From a virus, in IMG/VR virus record IMGVR_UViG_3300036985_002246, positions 1-64,000 of that record: 64,000 nt of DNA; one strand, given 5' to 3'. This document shows positions 53,304 to 62,140 of this stretch, piece by piece. Every line of letters starts with the position of its first letter. The first letter of the stretch is position 1. The translations under genes and the position numbers were made by a program. Under the pieces are notes generated by a model that worked only from the letters and a program-made list of their open reading frames with translations, searched no databases and was not told the DNA's origin.

Positions 53304-53989
53304 GGCAGCCTCCTGAATCGAACCCGCCACACCCAGGGGTTCTGATCCCATGGGCGTCGCTTCCCTTCAGTCTTGTCCCACAGATTGGCGAAAGCGTGCC
53401 GAGCGTCCAGGAGGCATTGGTCGGCGCTCGTGGTGGGCTCCATTGACCAGCCTCGACGCTGAACGAGCGTGGCCCCAGGGACGCCACCCGAGAAGTCGTG
53501 CTTCCCGTAGTCGGTGAAGATCGCGCCTTCAGCGACGGCGTCCTCTTCGGTGATCGCGTGGAGCCGCTCTACCCGGACCTCCAACACCTCCAGGTTGATC
53601 CTGGAAGCCCACCGGGGCATATTGCTGGAGGGGTGCCACGGGGAGTTCTCCCCGTTCCCCTGGTATCGAACCCAATCCGGGTGGTCGGCTCGGTAGCCGA
53701 GACCGCGAGTGGCGTCCCCTCCCCAGGTCTCCCTGACCCACAGCTTGTCTCCGGGAGAGCCCAGCGGGCACTTCATTCCACCGTCGGGGTCAGCGATCTG
53801 AGCGACGCGATCCGGAGTCAACTCGAAGTCGGCGAAGATCCACCCACTCACCGGGTGCGGTGCCGCGTGTGGGTAGTCGAACCGAGCCCAGGGACCCCTG
53901 AACTTGACGGCCTGGCGGGCGACGGTCTTCCTCCCCTGGAGCAATGCGATCACAGACGGGGCGGCAAGCTGAATCGGCTTCTCTGTCAC
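53300..53989 (-). CDS. Phage-type protein, possibly ASCH/PUA-like
   Basis: GKTVAR, GDKLWVRETW, WHPSSNMPRWASRI.LEV..VRVERL..I...DA.AEG, NPWVW. Confidence 0.8.
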   Translation of the reverse strand: MTEKPIQLAAPSVIALLQGRKTVARQAVKFRGPWARFDYPHAAPHPVSGWIFADFELTPDRVAQIADPDGGMKCPLGSPGDKLWVRETWGGDATRGLGYRADHPDWVRYQGNGENSPWHPSSNMPRWASRINLEVLEVRVERLHAITEEDAVAEGAIFTDYGKHDFSGGVPGATLVQRRGWSMEPTTSADQCLLDARHAFANLWDKTEGKRRPWDQNPWVWRVRFRRLP

Positions 53990-54312
53990 TTGGTTCTCGG
54001 GGTAGCAGCGCGAGCTTCGAGGGAGTGGATCAGTTCTCGAAAGGGGTCAGACCCCTCGTCCACCTCTGGCTCTACAGGCACTTCAACCACAGGGGCAGGA
54101 GCGGGAATCGAGTGCCGTGCCTCCCAGACCTCGACGTGCTTGAGACACGCCGGGCAGGTCGGTCGCCTTCGGTCGTACCCTCGCTTGAACTCGACCCAGA
54201 TCGCGCAGGAGGTGTACGCCCCTCCCCGAAGAATCGGCGGAGGTGACGCCTGCTCCTGGGTCAGGTGCCAGGAGTTGTCCCCGGCCATGACGCACTGGTA
54301 GTCAGTAGCCAT
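53986..54312 (-). CDS. Zn-binding hypothetical protein
   Basis: WH...TSC...PTCPAC. Confidence 0.6.
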   Translation of the reverse strand: MATDYQCVMAGDNSWHLTQEQASPPPILRGGAYTSCAIWVEFKRGYDRRRPTCPACLKHVEVWEARHSIPAPAPVVEVPVEPEVDEGSDPFRELIHSLEARAATPRTK

Positions 54313-54484
54313 CCTTTGCCCACCCACCGCCCTTCAGAACGAAAGAGGAGGTGCCAGAGATCAGCCTCTTGACCTCACCCTTGCAGGACTTCTCTGGGCA
54401 CTTCTTCAGGGGCGGCTCAGTGATCTTCTGGTCCGCCTCGAAGGTCTTGTGGCACTTCTCGCACTCGTAGTCGTAGGTGGGCAC
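54302..54484 (-). CDS. FmdB-family zinc-ribbon protein
   Basis: MPTYDYECEKC...CPEKSC...KGGGW..DGY. Confidence 0.88.
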   Translation of the reverse strand: MPTYDYECEKCHKTFEADQKITEPPLKKCPEKSCKGEVKRLISGTSSFVLKGGGWAKDGY

Positions 54485-54493
54485 GTCGTGACT

Positions 54494-54769
54494 CTACTTC
54501 TCGACGGGGGACTTGGCCCCGCGCTCAATCCACTCGGCAACCGTCAGATCGCACTCGTCGTTGTCAAGGCCGTCGGCGGACCAGGGAAGGCTCTCCAGAA
54601 CCTCTTCCGGAACGGCGCTCGCCGAACTGACGAGGGTGGCTGTGACACTCTCCGCTGGGTCCTCGGACCACTCGGTGACGTTGTTCTCGGCCCACCCGGT
54701 CGCCGCACTCTCGCTGAGGGCAGACACGAAGACCTTGTGAGTGATCTCGACCTCGTAGACTCGACGCAT
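54494..54769 (-). CDS. Acidic hypothetical protein
   Basis: GGAGG SD. Confidence 0.6.
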   Translation of the reverse strand: MRRVYEVEITHKVFVSALSESAATGWAENNVTEWSEDPAESVTATLVSSASAVPEEVLESLPWSADGLDNDECDLTVAEWIERGAKSPVEK

Positions 54770-54789
54770 TGCTGCCACCTCCAAGGGTG

Positions 54790-54984
54790 TTACGCCTCTT
54801 CCTCGACCACGACCGTGGCCCCGGACGTGCGAAGCCAATCCGCGAGGTCGTCCACGAAGGCTTGCAGGTCGTCCCACTCGGAAACCGGAAGGACGACAGC
54901 GCCCTCTCTGGTCTCCAAGCTGAACAAGACTCGCCGAGCACTTCGTTGAACGACCAGAAGCAGCGTGTGGCTCTGGGGCGTCAT
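54790..54984 (-). CDS. Small hypothetical protein
   Basis: Operon packing. Confidence 0.5.
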   Translation of the reverse strand: MTPQSHTLLLVVQRSARRVLFSLETREGAVVLPVSEWDDLQAFVDDLADWLRTSGATVVVEEEA

Positions 54985-55014
54985 ACCCCAATCGCCTGAT
55001 AGATCATGCACCCG

Positions 55015-55263
55015 CTAGGTGAACTTCGTAGCCCAATCACACGAGAGGCATGGCCGGACATAGGAGTGCTCCCACAGGTGTCCGTTGGAGCACCGGTACG
55101 AGTCCCTGATTCGGTTCGGGTCATGGTGGTGGTGAACCCCGTCTTCGTCGCGGAAGTGGAAGCTCCCCCCAAGCAGAGTCGTGATCGAACCCCCAGGATA
55201 GACGCTGCTCTTCTGATTGAGCCGCTCGCACTCGGGGCAGGCAGGAATGAAGGACATGATCAT
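55015..55263 (-). CDS. Zn-ribbon hypothetical protein
   Basis: CPEC...HHHDPN...YRCSNGH...C..C. Confidence 0.65.
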   Translation of the reverse strand: MIMSFIPACPECERLNQKSSVYPGGSITTLLGGSFHFRDEDGVHHHHDPNRIRDSYRCSNGHLWEHSYVRPCLSCDWATKFT

Positions 55264-55661
55264 GAGGTCTTCCCCAGCGGGTTGGCGAGGAGGGCCGTGA
55301 TCTCCTCCCGAAGAACATTGGCCGCATAGTTCTCGGGTCGGGGAGTACGAAGTCCATGCTCCTGAACAGAGGAGCGGGAGCGGACTTGGTCCCACCGACT
55401 TGCCTCAATCTCCAGGGCGGTGGCTCGGGCCTCAAGCTGGGCCACGACGACCTTGATCGCCGACTCGTAGGCTGACCTGGAGGCTCGGGTCAGATCCTCG
55501 CTGCTTGCCCCAATGTGGTTGCTCACGCTGCGGCAGTGGGTGTTCCGGCAGAGTGTCCCCACCTCCCCGAAGCAGCCGCACCGGGGGCACATTCCGACCT
55601 CAGTCGTCCCGACGAACTGGTCCACCCGCACCTCGACAATGGGGCTCTTCGGCAGACTCAC
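55260..55661 (-). CDS. Hypothetical protein with a CPRC motif
   Basis: 4-bp overlaps. Confidence 0.55.
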   Translation of the reverse strand: MSLPKSPIVEVRVDQFVGTTEVGMCPRCGCFGEVGTLCRNTHCRSVSNHIGASSEDLTRASRSAYESAIKVVVAQLEARATALEIEASRWDQVRSRSSVQEHGLRTPRPENYAANVLREEITALLANPLGKTS

Positions 55662-55930
55662 TTCGTGTCCCCGTAGTTGGTGTTGGCGTGGTGCTGTGCC
55701 TTCGCCGCAGGGGTCATTCCCCCGTCCGTGAGCCACCGGTCGAACTTTTCGAGTTCCTTGTCAGAGGGGTGCTTGCCCATGCGGGTGATCCTCTGGCGGA
55801 TCTCTTCGAGGGGCCGGTTCCAGGCCGCAGCCAACTGCTCTGCCGTGACCTTCCACGAGGTCGCGTGTGTCTCCCCGACAATGATCGTCGGGTTGTTGGT
55901 CGCAATCGCCGTTGGGAACGTGATCTTCAT
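55658..55930 (-). CDS. Hypothetical protein
   Basis: 1-bp overlap with upstream stop. Confidence 0.6.
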   Translation of the reverse strand: MKITFPTAIATNNPTIIVGETHATSWKVTAEQLAAAWNRPLEEIRQRITRMGKHPSDKELEKFDRWLTDGGMTPAAKAQHHANTNYGDTK

Positions 55931-56217
55931 CAGTTCGCCTTCTCCTTCCGAATGCGTTCGAGCGCCTCGATCACGCAGTCGTCCATGTAGTCGCGGGCGT
56001 CGGGCTCAGGCCACCCGTCCTCGCTCGCGAAGTCCATGCTCGACGAGCACATGACGTGACCGTCCCAGGTCTGCGCCTTCACGAGGCCCACGAAGTAGTC
56101 CACGAGCTTGGCCCGCTCCTCGAAGGAGACAGCGACGGCGGGAACCCGCTTCCTGTCAGAGAGGGAGAGCGGGCTGAGGGTGAGCTTCCCGGATTCAATG
56201 GCAGCAAAGAGGCGCAT
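55930..56217 (-). CDS. Hypothetical protein
   Basis: CSSSMDFASE motif; abuts neighbours. Confidence 0.6.
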   Translation of the reverse strand: MRLFAAIESGKLTLSPLSLSDRKRVPAVAVSFEERAKLVDYFVGLVKAQTWDGHVMCSSSMDFASEDGWPEPDARDYMDDCVIEALERIRKEKAN

Positions 56218-56613
56218 TTAGCTCTTACCCCCTTTGAGCACCTTCGGGGTCCACGCCCGAGCGGGCTTGGCCTCAATCTTCGGCATGGGCTCCGCCGCAC
56301 CGGGAGACTTGAGGGCGACCCCCTCACCCGTCTCGCGGTCCACGACCATGGTGATCCGCGCCCACGGGAAGAAGCACCGGCACGTACTCCCGGAGAAGGC
56401 CAGATCGACCGAGACCCCCTCCTTCGAGTAGTCGAGGTTCAGCGGGTAGCTGGCGCAGAGGTCGATCTGCAACCACTCCTTCCACTGAGCCTTGACGTGC
56501 TCGGGGGCGACCACGTCCTCATGGGTCGAGTCCACGACGAGCTTCGGCGTGTGCCCGGCGTTCCAGATCACGTCGAGGATCGTCTGAAGCGGGTGGTGGA
56601 CGACGGGGGCCAT
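56218..56613 (-). CDS. sspB: SspB-like ClpXP adaptor (stringent starvation protein B family)
   Basis: TPKLVVDSTHEDVVAPEH...LDYSKEGVSVDLAFSG...FPWARI...DRETGEG; flexible C-terminal tail. Confidence 0.7.
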   Translation of the reverse strand: MAPVVHHPLQTILDVIWNAGHTPKLVVDSTHEDVVAPEHVKAQWKEWLQIDLCASYPLNLDYSKEGVSVDLAFSGSTCRCFFPWARITMVVDRETGEGVALKSPGAAEPMPKIEAKPARAWTPKVLKGGKS

Positions 56614-57528
56614 TCAGGTCGCGAAGCTCTGGAACAGGTCTTCGCCGGGGATCGTCTTGCGGTACTGGACCCAGGGTGCCTTGAAGTTCCCGCACATGAA
56701 GTGGGAGATCACTCGCTGAGTCGGGTTGGCAGGGTCGTCCTTGTAGACCGGGGCGAACAGAGGGTCTTCCAGGGAGGGGGCCACGACCTTGGCTGCGTGC
56801 TCGAACGGGCTCATGTGTCCGTTCATGAGGAGCCTGTCGTGGAGCGAGCAGTCCGCGTTGAGGTCACGCTTGCCGTCGTGGGTCAGGTGGGTGACCCGAG
56901 CGCAGCGTGCGGTGCTGACCTTCGGCAGGTCCACGAACGGGAGTGCCGCTGGGTCGAGGTCGCTGAACGCCTCGTAGTCCTCGTCGAAGACGAACGGAAG
57001 GTGCCACTCGCCCGGCTTCCGCTCGACCGGGGTCGAAGCGGCGAGGGCAGCCCGCATGAGTTCCGCTGCGGTGCGGATCTCCGGCTGGGCTTCAGGCGAG
57101 CACCTCAGGGCGAAGAAGTTGGCCCACTCGGTCGCCGTGACAATGACCGTGTGCCACAGGAACGGCTCCAGCATTCGGTTCGCCCACTGCTTGTGGACTC
57201 CGATCTGGGCCAGCTTCGCAGCCTGTTGGGTCGCTTGGTAGGCAGCGTCGAGCCAGGCCATTCTTGCGGCTTCCTGGCTCTCGTCGCCCAAGGCGTCACC
57301 GGCCTGCATTCCCTTCTTGTTCGCGCCGAACGCCTCCGGAATGAAGGCGTTCTGACGGACCTCGGCGATCCGCTTCTCGACGGGGATCGCTCGGCTGCTC
57401 GCGCTCGACCTACTGAACACCCGGTGGGTGTTGAATTCGGCCAGCACGATCCTGGGGAACGTGACCTGAAGCGTCGTCAGGCGAACCCCTGAGGCGATCG
57501 AGTCGGTGAGTACCTTGGCGTCGAACAT
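56614..57528 (-). CDS. thyX: FAD-dependent thymidylate synthase
   Basis: EFNTHRVFSRSSASSRAIP; HKQWANRMLEP; FFALR...AQPEI; GHMSPFEH. Confidence 0.9.
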   Translation of the reverse strand: MFDAKVLTDSIASGVRLTTLQVTFPRIVLAEFNTHRVFSRSSASSRAIPVEKRIAEVRQNAFIPEAFGANKKGMQAGDALGDESQEAARMAWLDAAYQATQQAAKLAQIGVHKQWANRMLEPFLWHTVIVTATEWANFFALRCSPEAQPEIRTAAELMRAALAASTPVERKPGEWHLPFVFDEDYEAFSDLDPAALPFVDLPKVSTARCARVTHLTHDGKRDLNADCSLHDRLLMNGHMSPFEHAAKVVAPSLEDPLFAPVYKDDPANPTQRVISHFMCGNFKAPWVQYRKTIPGEDLFQSFAT

Positions 57529-57570
57529 GAAGAACCTCCGGGGGGACGTTACCCCTTTCCACTCCCGGCC

Positions 57571-57984
57571 TCAGATTGGGCGGAGCTTCCGGAAGTCCTC
57601 CCAGCCGTGATCCGTCCCAGCCTCGTCCGCACGCAGCAGGTACGCAGAGCCCCGCGTGTTCGAGTCGTCCCCGCTCCAGGAGATCTTGGCGATCCTGAAC
57701 GTCCCCTTCTCCCTCGAACAGGCCACCACGTCGTCCACCTTGAAGGCTGGAGCCTCTGCACTCGGGAGGGGCAGGTTCCCGTACTTCGCGAAGTGCTCGA
57801 AGAGCGGGACCAACTCGCTGACGAAGTCATGGTGGAGGTTGAGCGGCTTGTCCTCCTCCCGGCGGAAGACAAGCGCCGAGTCAGAGGTCTCCTCCAGGTA
57901 GAACTTCCGCCCGGCCTCGTCCTCGATCTCGTAGACCCGAAGGCCACCACGCTCCGTTCGGAACGACGTTCGCACTGACGACAT
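57571..57984 (-). CDS. Hypothetical protein with an SH3-like C-terminus
   Basis: FKVDDVV...YLL...WEDFRKL. Confidence 0.6.
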   Translation of the reverse strand: MSSVRTSFRTERGGLRVYEIEDEAGRKFYLEETSDSALVFRREEDKPLNLHHDFVSELVPLFEHFAKYGNLPLPSAEAPAFKVDDVVACSREKGTFRIAKISWSGDDSNTRGSAYLLRADEAGTDHGWEDFRKLRPI

Positions 57985-57992
57985 TGTGAACC

Positions 57993-58769
57993 TCAGGTGT
58001 TCTCGGTGATACCCCGACCGTCGGGGCCAAACGTGCAGGCGAACAGGGTCGCCGGACCAGAGTACGGGTTGAGCTTCGTCGGGCCGTCCTCACCGACCGT
58101 CAGGAAGTAGTAGCGGTCCCTCTCCTCGCTGGTGTCGAAAAGGAGGATCAGAAACCCGCCGTGCAGGAGCTTGATACTCAGATCGCGGTCGTTGTCGAGG
58201 AGGTAGGGTGCCGCCTTCTCGACCTCCACCCAATCTACGTCCCCAGCGACCGACACGAGCAGCCCGTGCTTGCCGTGGACGCGGCAAAGTTCCCCGACGC
58301 AATCATAGTGGGTGCTGTACGTCTTCACGGTTCGTCGTGCCTTCGCTTTGGTTCGAGGTTGGAGAGTGAGCCCGTTGCCGGTCAGTGCCCGCTGAGCCTT
58401 TTTCCGCGCATACAGCAAGGCTCTCGAAGCAGCCTGCCTCTTGGTGTACTCCTCCCAGCCCATGGCGGGCTTCACCCTGGAGGGCTCAGGGGGGTCAGCT
58501 TCTCGGGGGAGCCGGTGACAGATTGCCACCTCGGGAATGAAGCGGATCTGATCCACGAAGGGGTTCTGATCCAGCAGGGGCTCCTCAACCTCCTCGCAGA
58601 GCAGGTCCCAGGAGAGGCTGACGGAGGTGAGGGTCTGGTAGGTGTCTGGGAACCGGACACTCTTCGGGCCGCCGTACCACCCGCCATTCTTTCGACGGCG
58701 CTCCCTGCGGTGATCCCGCTCCCCTAGGTACATTGCCTCCGGCTTGTAGCCTGACCTGGGGAAACTCAT
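57993..58769 (-). CDS. Hypothetical protein
   Basis: Long coding-like frame; start uncertain. Confidence 0.6.
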   Translation of the reverse strand: MSFPRSGYKPEAMYLGERDHRRERRRKNGGWYGGPKSVRFPDTYQTLTSVSLSWDLLCEEVEEPLLDQNPFVDQIRFIPEVAICHRLPREADPPEPSRVKPAMGWEEYTKRQAASRALLYARKKAQRALTGNGLTLQPRTKAKARRTVKTYSTHYDCVGELCRVHGKHGLLVSVAGDVDWVEVEKAAPYLLDNDRDLSIKLLHGGFLILLFDTSEERDRYYFLTVGEDGPTKLNPYSGPATLFACTFGPDGRGITENT

Positions 58770-58778
58770 GGTGCCCTG

Positions 58779-59384
58779 CTACTGAGGGAACGCCTCAGCC
58801 GGGTTCCACCCGTAGGTGGTAGCCGCCGTCGAGTAGGCTCGCTCGAAGCTCAAAATGAGGTCCGCGAGCTTCGGGTCCACGAGGACTTGCCACAGGTTGG
58901 CCTGCGGCTTGACCCCGGTTGCGGCCCACACGACAGCACGGGCGGCGTCGGAGTACCCACGGAGGGCGCGAACACCCCACTTCGGAGGGTCTGCGACGAG
59001 GTCATGGACGTTCGAGGTCTTGTCGGCGATCTTGATCGCCCTCCCCCAGGTGTCCATGTCGAGCATCTTCCGAAGCTGGTACGCCTGCTTCAACTCCCGG
59101 TCCTTCCGAGCGTCGAGCGGCAGCGTGAGGTGCTCGACCAGCCCGGAGACTCGGTAGCCGAACCTCCGGGTGATCTCCGCGAGGGGCACTTGGGTGTCCT
59201 CCGCAACGTCGTGGAGGAGGGCAGCGACGAGAATGTCTGTCTCGGCGAACCCTGCGTTGTGGAGGCGACGGGCAACGTCGATCGGGTGGGTGACGTAGGG
59301 GACGCCCTTCCCACCACGGACTTGCCCCTGGTGGGCGAGCGTAGCGAACTCGACCGCGTCGAGTAGTTCTGTCGTGTTGTTCAT
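58779..59384 (-). CDS. Mesh1/SpoT-type HD hydrolase (small alarmone hydrolase-like)
   Basis: AHQGQVR...PYVTHP..VA...AALLHDVAEDT...IKIADKTSN; no synthetase domain. Confidence 0.88.
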   Translation of the reverse strand: MNNTTELLDAVEFATLAHQGQVRGGKGVPYVTHPIDVARRLHNAGFAETDILVAALLHDVAEDTQVPLAEITRRFGYRVSGLVEHLTLPLDARKDRELKQAYQLRKMLDMDTWGRAIKIADKTSNVHDLVADPPKWGVRALRGYSDAARAVVWAATGVKPQANLWQVLVDPKLADLILSFERAYSTAATTYGWNPAEAFPQ

Positions 59385-59399
59385 TGAGAGACTTTACGC

Positions 59400-59945
59400 T
59401 CAGACCAGCCCGATCCGGTGGAGGAAGCCAATCTCCTCCGTGTCGAACTTGTCCCGGTCGTTGCGGATCAGGTACTTGGCGTGGTCGAGGTCGCCGCTGC
59501 GAAGCGCCCGGACAGCGTTGAGAAGGACCGGGTGCCTGCGCTCCTGGTCGAACGACTCAATCCGCTCGATCAGGGGCTCGAACTCGGAGGTCTCTGCGGG
59601 CTCGTCGAGGCGGGCAGCCCGCTCCGACTTCATGTACTCGCGGGCGAGCCGGTCTTCCTCAGCCTCAGCCTCAGGGTCGGGGAAGGGCTCACCCACCACG
59701 ATCTCGTAGGCGAGAGCCTCACCCTGCTTGCCGGGGACACGCGACTTCAAGAAGGCCGCGAGTCGTTCCCGCTCCTTGCAGAGCAGTTCCTCGATATGGG
59801 TTGCGAGGTCTGACGCGAGGTCGCCTTCCTGGTCGGCAAGCGCGGGGAACTTCTCGCAGAGAGCCTCGACCGCCCGCTCGAACGCCGGGTCGAATCCCTG
59901 AGCCGGGCCGCATGAGTCGCACGCTGTGTCGCCACACAGGCACAT
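59400..59945 (-). CDS. Hypothetical protein
   Basis: MCLCGDTACDSCG N-terminus. Confidence 0.65.
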   Translation of the reverse strand: MCLCGDTACDSCGPAQGFDPAFERAVEALCEKFPALADQEGDLASDLATHIEELLCKERERLAAFLKSRVPGKQGEALAYEIVVGEPFPDPEAEAEEDRLAREYMKSERAARLDEPAETSEFEPLIERIESFDQERRHPVLLNAVRALRSGDLDHAKYLIRNDRDKFDTEEIGFLHRIGLV

Positions 59946-59947
59946 GA

Positions 59948-60133
59948 TCAGACCTCCCCGTGGGAGTGGACGTGGACCGCGACCTTGGAGGCACGACGGA
60001 GCGCACGGGCGGAGATCGCCTTAGCCTTGCGCTTGTTGCTGACGCGGCAGCAGGGGCAGTCGAACCCGCCGGGACCACCGCACGCCTTGGTGGGGCCGGG
60101 ACGCTTGAAGCTGGTGAACTTGACGAGTTCCAT
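59948..60133 (-). CDS. Small basic Cys protein
   Basis: GGFDCPCC; GGAGG SD. Confidence 0.6.
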   Translation of the reverse strand: MELVKFTSFKRPGPTKACGGPGGFDCPCCRVSNKRKAKAISARALRRASKVAVHVHSHGEV

Positions 60134-60135
60134 GA

Positions 60136-60285
60136 TCAGACCTCCGAGATTGAACGAGCCCGCTGCTGCGAGCGGTTGCCCTGTCGCTTGCTGCGACCGT
60201 CCTTGTGCGGCCCGCCCCCGGTGCGGAGCCTGACCGACTCCGCCAGCCAGGATCTCCGCGCCACCTTCTCTGACTTGCTCTTCAC
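60136..60285 (-). CDS. Small basic peptide (49 aa)
   Basis: GGGPHKDGRSKRQGNRSQ; GTGA overlap. Confidence 0.5.
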   Translation of the reverse strand: MKSKSEKVARRSWLAESVRLRTGGGPHKDGRSKRQGNRSQQRARSISEV

Positions 60286-60491
60286 GACGCCCCCACCGAG
60301 CCACCGAGCGAGGCCAGGAGCGCCTGAGCCGCCTCCATGGTGAGGCCCGCGCCGGTCCGAGTGACCTCCGTCGCGAGGACGGTGACACCGTTCGCGGCCA
60401 CCACGACCTTGTCCTCGTAGACGTTGAAGCCACCGTTCAGGAGGTCGTGTGCAATGAACCGCGAGAAGGTCTTGGAGGTCTTGGTCGTCAT
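60282..60491 (-). CDS. Hypothetical protein
   Basis: First gene after promoter copy 16. Confidence 0.6.
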   Translation of the reverse strand: MTTKTSKTFSRFIAHDLLNGGFNVYEDKVVVAANGVTVLATEVTRTGAGLTMEAAQALLASLGGSVGAS

Positions 60492-60496
60492 GTTCG

Positions 60497-60542
60497 TCTC
60501 CCTCACCTAGTAAGCGATTGGGGAGACCCCTTTTACACCATT
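60497..60542 (-). promoter_or_regulatory. Conserved phage promoter motif, copy 16
   Basis: AATGGTGTAAAA...CCCCAATCGCTT...GGTGAGGGAGACGAACATG. Confidence 0.8.
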
Positions 60543-60589
60543 CGACCCACTCAATCTTTTTTTCGGGCACCCTCAATCTTTTTTCGGCG

Positions 60590-60634
60590 GATCGTGAAAA
60601 GCCCCTCCCCCCAATCGCTTGGGTGGTGAGGAGA
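60590..60634 (+). promoter_or_regulatory. Conserved phage promoter motif, copy 17
   Basis: GATCGTGAAAAG...CCCCAATCGCTT...GGTGAGGAGACGAACATG. Confidence 0.8.
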
Positions 60635-60639
60635 CGAAC

Positions 60640-61431
60640 ATGACCACCAACGCCAAGTCCGTGAAGCTCGCTGTCCACCTGTCCGATATGGTCGAAGAGG
60701 CGAACGGTTCGCCCCGCTTCGTCGGTTTCGCCACCCGCCTCGCGGGTGAGGTCCAGGGGGCGGGCGCGAACAAGCTCCGCCGTGGCGACCACGTCATGGA
60801 GTACACGCTCCTGACCGGCTTCTCGTACACGAACATGGTCCAGCGTTCGCTGGACACCCTCACGGCGGCCATGCAGTCGCCCACCTTCGTCGCGGACATG
60901 GTCGCCGCCCTCGCCGCCGACGGCAAGGTGGACGAGCAGAGCGGCGCGGCGATCACCGCGACCGACGTGATCGACGCCTGCACGGGTACAGCGCGTGGCC
61001 GCAAGGGTCTGATCACCGCGTACAGCGAGACCCTCGCGGGCACCAACGAGAGCACCTCGGAGCACGTCTACGAGACGCTCTCGGTGGACGGCTCGAACGT
61101 GGCGGGCTGCAAGGTCTACACGGGCACGGGCAACCCCGCCGACCCGAAGGCTCCCGTCCCCGGCACGGTCTACCTCGCGGGGATCGTGATCGCCAGCAAC
61201 TGCGTCGAGAAGTCCCCCAACGGTGACAAGCTCCCGAGCAAGAGCGGAGCGGTCATGGTCGCCAAGTCTTTCCTGGAGCGCACCCTCGACCTCCCGGCGT
61301 GCCGCTACCGCACCTTCCGCCTCCTGCCTGGTGAGGCAGTCTCGCTCAAGTGCGGCTCGACCTCCTTCCACGCGGCTGAGGGCGGCTCGGTCAAGCCCGG
61401 TGTCGTGGCGATCGAGGCGCTGGTCGCATGA
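60640..61431 (+). CDS. Hypothetical protein
   Basis: Strong GC3 bias; follows promoter copy 17. Confidence 0.8.
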   Translation: MTTNAKSVKLAVHLSDMVEEANGSPRFVGFATRLAGEVQGAGANKLRRGDHVMEYTLLTGFSYTNMVQRSLDTLTAAMQSPTFVADMVAALAADGKVDEQSGAAITATDVIDACTGTARGRKGLITAYSETLAGTNESTSEHVYETLSVDGSNVAGCKVYTGTGNPADPKAPVPGTVYLAGIVIASNCVEKSPNGDKLPSKSGAVMVAKSFLERTLDLPACRYRTFRLLPGEAVSLKCGSTSFHAAEGGSVKPGVVAIEALVA

Positions 61432-61652
61432 GCCGGAAGGCTACCGTCACAGGGGCCGGGTACGTCAGCCCGGCCCTGAGCGACGCCCTGGCGGGTCTCC
61501 TCGCTGCTCAGGGGTTCGAGGTCTTCACGCAGGCCGAGACTGATTTCATTGCGGCGTGGGCGCGCAAGCACCACCCGCGTCGTAAGTACCTGACGGACGC
61601 TCAGTTCGCTCAGGCACGCGCCGAGTACGCCGCAACGAAGGGAACACCATGA
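61428..61652 (+). CDS. Hypothetical protein
   Basis: ATGA overlaps. Confidence 0.6.
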   Translation: MSRKATVTGAGYVSPALSDALAGLLAAQGFEVFTQAETDFIAAWARKHHPRRKYLTDAQFAQARAEYAATKGTP

Positions 61653-62140
61653 TCGTCGCCACGCTCCCCTACGAGGAAATGCTCCGCCGACACCCGAAGG
61701 AGGTCGCGGAGATCGTCTCCAAGCTCCGCAAGGGCAAGTCCAAGGTCCGTGACGCTGACCCAGCGACGATCACCTGGACCTACGAAGCCTGCGTCCTGAT
61801 CGAGGGCAGCGGTTCGTTCGCTGACCTTCTCAGCGGAAAGATGGAACGCGCCGAGCGCAAGTGGAACGCCATGACCCTCGACGAGAAGGTCGCCGACACG
61901 GTGCGGCGGACGAGCACGGGGATCTGCGCCAGGCTCGGACGCTGGTGGGGCGGGAGCGACGCCATTCCCAATCCCCCGGAGGTCGCAGAGAACACCCGAG
62001 CGGGCCTCATGGCCCAGGCTGCCGAGCAGGCTCGTGCGGACGCCCTGACCCCGGAAGAGCGCCGTCGAGAGACGGAAGACCTTCTGCGGCAGCTTGGGGC
62101 AGACCCAGGGTTCGCTGCGATCCTCTTGGAGGAACCATGA
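61649..62140 (+). CDS. Hypothetical protein
   Basis: ATGA overlaps. Confidence 0.7.
   Translation: MIVATLPYEEMLRRHPKEVAEIVSKLRKGKSKVRDADPATITWTYEACVLIEGSGSFADLLSGKMERAERKWNAMTLDEKVADTVRRTSTGICARLGRWWGGSDAIPNPPEVAENTRAGLMAQAAEQARADALTPEERRRETEDLLRQLGADPGFAAILLEEP

Noticed and set aside
56056-57492. Long + strand ORF (478 aa); similarly 41739..43256(-), 13429..14532(+), 37255..38412(+), 60136..61371(-), 50807..52033(-)
   Set aside because: Antisense shadows of recognisable genes, expected in GC-rich DNA with few stop codons; no motifs.
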